Source of the DNA: a virus
DNA length: 64,000 nucleotides
Direction: 5' to 3' (one strand)
IMG/VR virus record: IMGVR_UViG_3300029374_000334
Location: 3,965 to 67,964 of that record
Part shown: piece after piece, positions 57,229-64,000 of the stretch
Numbering within the stretch: the stretch's first letter is position 1
Layout of the letters: each line of letters starts with the position of its first letter
Notes under the pieces: generated by a model
Told to the model about the DNA's origin: nothing
Seen by the model: only the letters and a program-made list of their open reading frames with translations
The model's database searches: none
Position numbers and translations under genes: made by a program

Positions 57229-58110
57229 TTAGTCTTTCAAATCTTCTATATTGCACCCGATAGCCTCAGCAATGGATTTTAATGTAGATTGTCTATTAGT
57301 TCCATTATGTATAATGCGAGAAAGTGATGTCGGGAACACTCCCATCCTTTTTGCTACCTCGGTAATAGTCAGTCCTCTTTCTTTTATCAGCAATGCCATT
57401 TTTGACGGCTTTTCCTCGTTGTGAGCAGTTCCTGCGTCCTCACCCTTGAAACTACCTTCAGATTCGGCTTCAAGTTCTGATACAGCATCCTTCTTAGGAG
57501 ATAACGGAGCTGTACAAATCATATTGCTAACCTTCAGCAGATCCGCCTGTAGTTCTATAAGTCCATCCTCCATTCTCCAATAAGGTGATGCTGCCACTAC
57601 ATTTTTGTCGTTGACAGCGTAGGCGATACCCATGTTGTTCGTGTTGTCAAAATTGCCAGGCAGGAAAACTCGGTCAGCCTCAACTCCATACTCCTTGCAT
57701 AAAGCGAAGATGTTTTCTCTTACCTCGTTAAGTGTACGGCAGACAATTTTTGTTTTCGTGTCGTTTTGTTCTGTTGGAATAACTTTAGCATCCTTTGTTG
57801 GGCATAGCTTTAAAATTAGTCGCTCCAACGTATTCCAATCGTCTGCTCTATACATCTTACCATCGCAGTCGATAAAAGCCGTTAAAACGGATTTCTGCGC
57901 TATCCCAGGCGGTTCTTCATTTGGTGTGTCCTCGTCGGCAAAAAACTCTGATATGTTGCATCCGACTGCGGTTGCAATACGGCGCATAGTATCAACCAAC
58001 ATATTTCCGTTACATATAGTATTGGATAACGTGCCTTTGCTTATACCCATTCTCCGTGCAACTTCCGACATTGACAAACCGTGTTCTTTTATTACTTTTG
58101 AAATCTGCAT
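57229..58110 (-). CDS. XRE-family transcriptional regulator with two helix-turn-helix domains (phage repressor-like)
   Basis: N-terminal HTH LSMSEVARRMGISKGTLSNT and C-terminal HTH LTITEVAKRMGVFPTSLSRIIHNG; only regulator on the minus strand, divergent from the late genes. Confidence 0.65.
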   Translation of the reverse strand: MQISKVIKEHGLSMSEVARRMGISKGTLSNTICNGNMLVDTMRRIATAVGCNISEFFADEDTPNEEPPGIAQKSVLTAFIDCDGKMYRADDWNTLERLILKLCPTKDAKVIPTEQNDTKTKIVCRTLNEVRENIFALCKEYGVEADRVFLPGNFDNTNNMGIAYAVNDKNVVAASPYWRMEDGLIELQADLLKVSNMICTAPLSPKKDAVSELEAESEGSFKGEDAGTAHNEEKPSKMALLIKERGLTITEVAKRMGVFPTSLSRIIHNGTNRQSTLKSIAEAIGCNIEDLKD

Positions 58111-58366
58111 AATATCTTTTTTATGTTATACGAGCGTGGATGCAAATATACTTCATTTCTTTAATACTACCAAATAGAAATATATAAAATTCATACAATA
58201 GTGTTATTTTTATTAAAATATGTTTCATTGGAGTGTTGTAGCTTAACAATTATTAAAATAATGTACTTTTGAAACTTTTTCAGCATATTTTCTTGCGTAT
58301 ATAATTTCCCTGTCGTACGTTTGCAATGTCAAAACAAAACAATAACAATTTTAAAAGTAACAGATT

Positions 58367-58693
58367 ATGAGCGCAACATTTAAAAACAGCATGAGAGATT
58401 TGATGAACCTTGCATGGTCATTCGTCAAGAAAAATGGTTTAACCATGAGTGAAGCAATGAAGAAGGCGTGGATGAACCTCAAACTGAAATCACAGATGAA
58501 GAAGCGCATCGTGAAGTTCTACTTCCAAAAGGTGGACGGCTCTATCCGTGAGGCATACGGAACTCTCCAAGAGAACCTCCTGCCACCCACCAAGGGAACC
58601 TCTCGGCAAAATGATACCTGTCAAACTTACTTTGACACGGAGAAACAAGCATACAGATGCTACAAGAAAGCAAACCTTGTTAGCATAGCATAG
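58367..58693 (+). CDS. hypothetical protein
   Basis: 108-aa ORF. Confidence 0.45.
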   Translation: MSATFKNSMRDLMNLAWSFVKKNGLTMSEAMKKAWMNLKLKSQMKKRIVKFYFQKVDGSIREAYGTLQENLLPPTKGTSRQNDTCQTYFDTEKQAYRCYKKANLVSIA

Positions 58694-58788
58694 AGATAAT
58701 TACGCGAGTGGCTGCCAACTCAAAAATATTGAACTTGGTGAGTATGCGCAGCCACCGCTTTCATTGATAAATCCCAAAAGCAACAAAT

Positions 58789-59058
58789 ATGAAAAAGAAC
58801 ATCAACCAGGGTTATCAGTTACCCGCTGAGTTAGTCGAAGTTATGGACTTGGCTTCAAAACTGAACGCAAGAATGAATGAAATCGGAGAAGTTGAAAAAC
58901 ATCGTGTCATTAATGACGGATGGTGCTCGGCTGACGAGTTGCGTTTCTTCATGGCACACTACAACAATGCGTGCGAGTATGTCAGCAATGTTATGACCGA
59001 ACTCTCCAACTATGCACGGGAGTACATCATGACGGAAATGTTTGACAAGAACAAATAG
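58789..59058 (+). CDS. hypothetical protein
   Basis: 89-aa ORF. Confidence 0.45.
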   Translation: MKKNINQGYQLPAELVEVMDLASKLNARMNEIGEVEKHRVINDGWCSADELRFFMAHYNNACEYVSNVMTELSNYAREYIMTEMFDKNK

Positions 59059-59617
59059 AGCTTTTGAACCAGTTAAATATCATTAAGGATTAATGTACGC
59101 TTTGGAGCACTTCTTTTCTCTCAGCCTTACAATTTACCATAGGTGAGGAGAAAGAAGCTCCAAAGCATTTAAAACCGACAAAAATGAAAAAATACAATAC
59201 TGAACACATCAAGGACATGGCACTAACGGCAATATTTACGATTGTCGCCCTCATTGAGTTTTATGTTGTGATATACATATTTCACTAATTAGGTGCTTAT
59301 TTCGCACCTTTGCCCGGCAGACCATGTGTTTTGTTTTGAAGTTGCTTTTGAGTGGTCTTGTCGGGCATTTTTGCGCCTTTTTGAGAGCAGGAGCAAGGTT
59401 TATGAATATTTAGCTTTTACCCTCAATTACATAGACTCAAAAGGAGCAGTATGTTACTCTTTTGTTACTCCGAGCTTAGTGATGGTGAAGTAACTCCTTG
59501 CAAATCAATGCACTCCAAAGAAATAACTGTATAGCTGCTGATTATGTAGCCATTGATTCACCAGTTCCACTGAAATCACGAGATAGAATCTCTGTAGCGA
59601 GTGGAAAGCTGCCTAAG

Positions 59618-60649
59618 ATGGGTATGAAGAAGTACCTAAAAGAGTCGGAAATACTTGCTCTTCGTATCATGGAGTCACAAGGTGGACAAGTAGCAGAAAT
59701 ACGTCGAAAGCTTGCCCAAGACCCGGTAGCTTGTTCTGTGGGTGTTGACGAGCGTAATGAGTACGCACTCCTATATGGCCTTTCAAACGGATTTGTTGCC
59801 GTTCGTGACGACGACAATCCAAAAGAGCTGTTACGCATTCGCTACAACTATCTTGAAGACAACAAGCTCGGTATTGCTAATAAAAGTGTAGGTCTAACAG
59901 TTGACGACTTGAAGGCTGCAATAGAGCGAGCTTCAAATGATGGAAATTCAATTATCCAGTTCTGGATAGCAAAAACCACATTTGACGCACTCAAGAAGAC
60001 CGATTCAGCCAAGGAGCTTGTAGCCACATACAATGGTCAGACATATGATTCAACAACCAAGTTGCCAACTCCTACATCAAGTAAGTTCCAAGAAGCATTT
60101 GCTGATGAAACAGGTGTTACATTCCGAATTATCAACCGAACTGTTCGTCTTGAAGAGGATGGTGTACGCCGAAGTGTTAAGCCTTGGAATAAGAACATGG
60201 TTATCGGTGTATGTAATCAGATGATTGGAGCTCTCGTTTATGGCCAGGTAGCAGAAGCCACTAACCGTGTCAATGGTGTTGTTTATCAACAGATTGATTA
60301 TAAGCTCATATCTCAGTATTCTACAACCGACCCACTAATGGAGACAACAGCAATTCAGGCTTACTGTCTACCTGTGATTGAAGACGTTGATACAATATAT
60401 CAGATTGACGTTACAGTCGAAGACCGGCATGTCGAGGTAAACAAAGACAAGGAAGCAGAAGACGCATCAGACGAGAAAGTAACAATAGGCGACAAAACCT
60501 ATAAGAAGAATGAAGCAATTACTGGTCTGAATGCACTTGGAGCAAGCTTATCTTCTGATGCCTCAGATGCTGACATTGTAGAAGCATACAATGAGCTTCC
60601 ACCAGTAAAGAAAGGACAGTTTAAAACAAATGTGACACCAACAACTTAA
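59618..60649 (+). CDS. major capsid protein candidate (by position and size)
   Basis: About 343 aa from ATG 59618 (listed ORF starts at an upstream TTG); sits between packaging genes and head-tail/tail genes. Confidence 0.4.
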   Translation: MGMKKYLKESEILALRIMESQGGQVAEIRRKLAQDPVACSVGVDERNEYALLYGLSNGFVAVRDDDNPKELLRIRYNYLEDNKLGIANKSVGLTVDDLKAAIERASNDGNSIIQFWIAKTTFDALKKTDSAKELVATYNGQTYDSTTKLPTPTSSKFQEAFADETGVTFRIINRTVRLEEDGVRRSVKPWNKNMVIGVCNQMIGALVYGQVAEATNRVNGVVYQQIDYKLISQYSTTDPLMETTAIQAYCLPVIEDVDTIYQIDVTVEDRHVEVNKDKEAEDASDEKVTIGDKTYKKNEAITGLNALGASLSSDASDADIVEAYNELPPVKKGQFKTNVTPTT

Positions 60650-60653
60650 AGAC

Positions 60654-60983
60654 ATGAAGACAATCGGGCAAGCGTTAATCGATGAAATACACATACCAAT
60701 TCCATTCGGGTATATAGAGAACGTGTGTATCAAGCGTAATTTGGACGTTTTTGATGATTTCGACTACGAGTCATCTAAGAGCGAAGCGTACAAAGGTGCG
60801 CTTGCCGATTGCCTAATGTCACTAGTTCAGGCAGTCAATTTCTCTGAGTCGGATAAGTCTATAGGTTCTCTTACCGAAGACCAGCGTCAAGCCATAACGC
60901 TAAAAGCAAATGGTCTATACAAAGAAATAGGGGAAAGCGAGATTCCAACAAGACCAGTACCCACAGTTTATATAAATTGTTGA
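60654..60983 (+). CDS. head-tail connector/adaptor candidate
   Basis: Small ORF in the head-tail joining position. Confidence 0.35.
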   Translation: MKTIGQALIDEIHIPIPFGYIENVCIKRNLDVFDDFDYESSKSEAYKGALADCLMSLVQAVNFSESDKSIGSLTEDQRQAITLKANGLYKEIGESEIPTRPVPTVYINC

Positions 60984-61312
60984 TGAGTTTACTAAATTTC
61001 AACGCCTCTAAGCTTTATCGTCAAACCAAGACAGAAGGTTATACCGATGTGAATGGCGACTATCACCCCGGAAAAATCAAGTGGGAATACTGCTGTTCAT
61101 GCGATGTTGTGCCAGCAGGAGAAGCGAACAAGATAGCTATCCCAGACGGATCTATTGATTTTTACTCATATACAGTATACAATATACCGGTATGTGTAAA
61201 AAAGTTTAACTACGGAGATTTTGTGCGACTTTTAGTCTTGGGCGAGGAAGAAGTAATCCTAAAGGTTAAGGGATTTCATCGGTACCAACTTCAATGCAAA
61301 TTATGGGTATAA
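60977..61312 (+). CDS. head-tail joining protein candidate
   Basis: Position; overlapping start and stop. Confidence 0.35.
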   Translation: MLMSLLNFNASKLYRQTKTEGYTDVNGDYHPGKIKWEYCCSCDVVPAGEANKIAIPDGSIDFYSYTVYNIPVCVKKFNYGDFVRLLVLGEEEVILKVKGFHRYQLQCKLWV

Positions 61313-61785
61313 GGATAGTAACACCAGAAAACTCGGTAAAAGAGTTCCTGTTTCGGGCAGCATCGTATTTGCAATCTGCAATACTAAACGCATTATGCAA
61401 GCTTGGAGAAGAATGTGTCGTTAAAATTAGGAATCGTTCTTCAAGGGAGAGCTGGATAGACCATACAGGCAACCTGCGAAGTTCAATAGGCTACTCAGTA
61501 TACGACCACGGTAAGAAATTTTTGTCATCAGCCTTTTCACAGGTGCTTTCAGGTGTAGCCGGAACAGCTAAAGGAAAGAAGCTGATTGAAGATTTAGCAA
61601 AAGAGTATTCCCGTGTTTATGCCCTAGTAGTCATAGCTGCCATGGAATACGCAGCAGAGGTCGAAGCGATAGATAGCAAGGATGTGCTATCATCAACAAA
61701 GACATGGGCTGTTGGTCAAGTAGAGTCACGCATAAAAACCGCAGTGGATTTTGCTATCTTGGAAATAAACAAATGGAAGATATGA
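61294..61785 (+). CDS. tail completion / neck protein candidate
   Basis: Position. Confidence 0.35.
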   Translation: MQIMGIRIVTPENSVKEFLFRAASYLQSAILNALCKLGEECVVKIRNRSSRESWIDHTGNLRSSIGYSVYDHGKKFLSSAFSQVLSGVAGTAKGKKLIEDLAKEYSRVYALVVIAAMEYAAEVEAIDSKDVLSSTKTWAVGQVESRIKTAVDFAILEINKWKI

Positions 61786-62174
61786 GGTCAGACGGAACTA
61801 TAAGGACAGACGTATATCACTATATCAAAGGCAGTGTATTAGACAATGCTACAAATGGCATGGTGACAAAGAAAAAGCGCCCTGCGAAGTCGCATAAGGA
61901 AGACATTGTTATCTCCATACTTTCAAATGAGGGAGTACAAAACCAAACCGCAATTGTCAATGTGAACATCTATGTTCAAGACTACGATGTGGAAGGCCAG
62001 TTTGAAGAGAATACGGCTCGTGTAGATGAATTATGCGAAATAGCTTGGAAACTACTTGAACATTTCAGAACAGACGAGTATGTTGCACATGCAATAAATC
62101 AACGTGTTTATCCAACAGATAGCGGAGAGCACATTATAAATAATCAAATAGAATACAAAACTTTAAACGATTAA
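61773..62174 (+). CDS. tail component candidate
   Basis: Internal ATG 61773 chosen (listed ORF extends 82 nt into the upstream gene). Confidence 0.35.
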   Translation: MEDMRSDGTIRTDVYHYIKGSVLDNATNGMVTKKKRPAKSHKEDIVISILSNEGVQNQTAIVNVNIYVQDYDVEGQFEENTARVDELCEIAWKLLEHFRTDEYVAHAINQRVYPTDSGEHIINNQIEYKTLND

Positions 62175-62177
62175 ATT

Positions 62178-62759
62178 ATGTCAGTAACATCTTGGGGCAA
62201 ATGCTCTATATTCATTCAGCCTGTCGGCTCAGCCAAAAATGAGTGGGACAAGCTTGATACACCGAAAGAGGATACAACACAGGTTACTCCTACTAAAGGT
62301 GACACAATGACGCAGACTGAAGAAGGTGGCGGCACAGTCGATAGAAAGACGAAGAAGTCAACCTATGAAGCTGCATATCAGTTATTCATTAAAAAGGGAG
62401 TCTCCCAGCCATTTAAGACCATAGACGGCGTTGTAGAAGGAAACTATCGTCTCGCTATTCAACCTGAAGATCCAGAATTGCCTGGTGTGTATATGGGCAA
62501 TACAACCGTGGGTGCAGAGGAAGCCTTTACTACGGCAGATGGTGCATTGATCACATACACGCATTCTGCTCTCATCCCTGATGGTGATGTAGTAGCTAAA
62601 ACAACAAACAAGAAAAACGAGGATGTGTATTGTGCTTACCGATGGCGCGTAATAAAAGCTACAAAGGGTACAGGTGGTAAATACGCATTGAAGTTTAGCA
62701 CTCCACAAGCAGGCGAAACCCCACCTACAGAGATTGAGGAAACTTACACAAGCGTATAA
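62178..62759 (+). CDS. major tail protein candidate
   Basis: 193-aa, T/G-rich protein directly upstream of the chaperone/tape-measure pair. Confidence 0.4.
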   Translation: MSVTSWGKCSIFIQPVGSAKNEWDKLDTPKEDTTQVTPTKGDTMTQTEEGGGTVDRKTKKSTYEAAYQLFIKKGVSQPFKTIDGVVEGNYRLAIQPEDPELPGVYMGNTTVGAEEAFTTADGALITYTHSALIPDGDVVAKTTNKKNEDVYCAYRWRVIKATKGTGGKYALKFSTPQAGETPPTEIEETYTSV

Positions 62760-62802
62760 TGTGTCTCTCCCTTCGCCGATTGAGGGTAGTCAGTCGGCAT
62801 AA

Positions 62803-62907
62803 GCCCAAGTAGCTCAGTTGGAAGAGCATGGTCTAAAGTTAGCCATTGTTTAAATCCGCAGACCATAAAGCGGTTGAGAGTCGCAGGTTCGAATCCTGTC
62901 TTGGGCA
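62803..62907 (+). tRNA. tRNA-like gene, 105 nt, isotype unresolved (expanded anticodon/variable region)
   Basis: Perfect 7-bp acceptor stem GCCCAAG/CTTGGGC, canonical D-arm GCTC-AGTTGGAA-GAGC, canonical T-arm GCAGG-TTCGAAT-CCTGT, discriminator A. The central 54 nt is ~30 nt too long for a standard anticodon arm and contains a 7-bp stem ATGGTCT/AGACCAT. Confidence 0.5.
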
Positions 62908-62908
62908 C

Positions 62909-63622
62909 ATGAAAGAATTAGGAACCATCATAGCAAACGTATTAACAGATACACCTATCTATTTCACGATAGGCGAGAAACGCCTTTGCGTCTATCCCCC
63001 GACATTAGGAAAGATGTATCTTATTTCCCAAATATTAGATTCGCTCGGCATAAACAAGGACAACCTATCCATCAATCCATTTTTAGAGATAATGCGAGTA
63101 GTCAAAGCAAAAAGAAAGGAATGCTGTAAACTACTCGCATATCACATTACAGACAAAAGAGAAGATCTATTAGACATAGAATGGATGGAGAAAATGAGTG
63201 GATATCTAAACAGAATAACGGACGACGAAGACCTTACAACACTTCTTGTAGTCATACTGAACGAAAGCAGCCTAGAGAACATTGTTAGTATGACCGGAAT
63301 AGACAAGGAAACAGAAAGAATGTCAGAGGTAAGCGCAGCAAAAGACACAAAGAGTCAGTATGTGTTTGGAGGCAAAACGATATGGGGTTCCATGATTGAT
63401 GTGGCTTGCGAGCGATACGGATGGTCTTACGACTATGTAGTATGGGGAATATCATACAACAATCTTACTCTTATGCTTAAAGACAAGATAACATCAATCT
63501 ATCTGTCCGAAGAAGAAGCAAAGAAATGCGGAATACCACAGCAAAGCGGAGATTACATCAACGGAAACGACAGAGAATCAGTAATGATGGCGGCGATGGA
63601 AAGTGAACTCAATCCCGAATAA
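62909..63622 (+). CDS. tail assembly chaperone-like protein (paralogue of 44320..45063)
   Basis: ATG 62909 two nt after the tRNA 3' end (listed ORF starts inside the tRNA); ends ...MESELNPE like its paralogue. Confidence 0.5.
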   Translation: MKELGTIIANVLTDTPIYFTIGEKRLCVYPPTLGKMYLISQILDSLGINKDNLSINPFLEIMRVVKAKRKECCKLLAYHITDKREDLLDIEWMEKMSGYLNRITDDEDLTTLLVVILNESSLENIVSMTGIDKETERMSEVSAAKDTKSQYVFGGKTIWGSMIDVACERYGWSYDYVVWGISYNNLTLMLKDKITSIYLSEEEAKKCGIPQQSGDYINGNDRESVMMAAMESELNPE

Positions 63623-63724
63623 CCGACCTCTCACGCGCACGCACACGGAATTATTTCCTATTTAGAACACTGGTCACAAAAATCACGGGGGTAAGACCCT
63701 GAAATCAAAGAAATTTAGAACACT

Positions 63725-64000
63725 ATGCCAAGTTTAAAATTTGATGCTGTCATAGAAACAGGAAAAGTTGTTTCAGGGTTCCAGGATATCCAGAACGCCG
63801 TTCATAAGACAGCGGCGACAGTAGAGTCTGAGGGTAAGAGCATCGATGATATAATAAACAAAATACAGAACACCGCAAACATAGCTATTGGTGGATGGAG
63901 TATTGGAAAGTTTGTAAATCAAATGATGCAGGTAAGAGGCCAGTTTCAACAGACGGAAATGGCATTTAAAACCATGCTCCAAAGCGAGGAGAAAGCCAAA
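63725..64000 (+). CDS. second tape-measure protein, N-terminal fragment (runs off the window)
   Basis: MPSLKFDAVIETGK...VRGQFQQTEMAFKTMLQSEEKAK parallels the N-terminus of 45079..49884 (MGALKFEITGT...VRGQFQQLEMAFTTMLQSESKAN). Confidence 0.7.
   Translation, partial: MPSLKFDAVIETGKVVSGFQDIQNAVHKTAATVESEGKSIDDIINKIQNTANIAIGGWSIGKFVNQMMQVRGQFQQTEMAFKTMLQSEEKAK

Larger units (their letters stand above)
1..64000. mobile_element. temperate phage / prophage DNA, mosaic (two terminase modules, two tape-measure modules, one tyrosine integrase)
   Basis: Near-continuous phage-type gene content (helicases, DnaB/DnaC, terminases, portal, tape measure, integrase, HNH endonucleases); tight + strand packing with overlapping start/stop codons. 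Confidence 0.75.

Noticed and set aside
62803-62907. tRNA-Sec interpretation of the long tRNA-like gene (to go with the UGA site at 50782)
   Set aside because: An 8th acceptor base pair would be T-T, and the D-arm is a standard 4-bp stem with an 8-nt loop rather than the 6-bp/4-nt Sec form, so the 8/5 architecture is not met. Only kept as a check to run.
62846-62908. ORF 62846 start as listed
   Set aside because: The listed start lies inside the tRNA-like gene. The ATG at 62909 matches the paralogue's N-terminus.
1-64000. Global stop-codon reassignment (TAG or TGA recoding as in some Bacteroidetes phages)
   Set aside because: Long genes (1,601-aa tape measure, 526-aa Mu-F-like, both terminases, DnaB) are intact under the standard code. 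Only isolated sites (50782, 16281) behave oddly.

Overview
This 64-kb window is almost entirely temperate-phage or prophage DNA. The host is probably a Bacteroidales bacterium: GC is about 40%, genes are densely packed on the + strand, ribosome-binding sites look Bacteroidetes-type (no Shine-Dalgarno), and several promoters match the Bacteroides -33 TTTG / -7 TAnnTTTG pattern. All functional calls below come from motifs I can read in the supplied translations or the raw sequence. Nothing was searched against a database.

Left part, about 1-39,900:
- Replication module: SF2 helicase, NinG/HNH-like nuclease, a Rep-like gene with in-frame 24-bp iterons, a DnaC-like loader and a DnaB helicase.
- Candidate DNA-modification / anti-restriction cluster (6.8-13.6 kb): four methyltransferase-like genes, four ParB-like nuclease-domain genes and a PAPS-reductase-like gene, resembling an IbrA/IbrB-like pair.
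- Packaging and structural genes: TerS/TerL, an ATP-dependent DNA ligase, and a minus-strand portal plus Mu-F-like minor head protein island.
- A long accessory ('moron') region: RtcB RNA ligase, an SPFH lipoprotein with a small membrane partner, two HNH homing endonucleases, YopX, and a LuxS (AI-2 synthase) gene.
- A tyrosine integrase with an excisionase-like HTH protein.

Right part, about 41,150-64,000:
- Helicase and VRR-NUC, then a chaperone-like gene and a 1,601-aa tape-measure protein.
- A candidate sugar-modification cluster: LmbE/PIG-L deacetylase, WbqC-like protein, a GT-A-like protein and a ParB-like protein.
- A second TerS/TerL pair, a tandem-HTH repressor, capsid and tail genes, an aberrant 105-nt tRNA-like gene, and a second chaperone plus the start of a second tape-measure gene.

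The window is therefore mosaic, with two packaging modules and two tape-measure modules. The most unusual things I see:
- Three near-identical ~145-bp promoter/leader repeats.
- A conserved TTAACCAATTAAA...AAGATTATG punctuation motif.
- A putative RNA-repair gene set (RtcB, ligase, tRNA).
- A phage-borne luxS.
- A possible UGA readthrough/recoding site with a downstream hairpin.
- A -1 frameshift-type A_AAA_AAG site.
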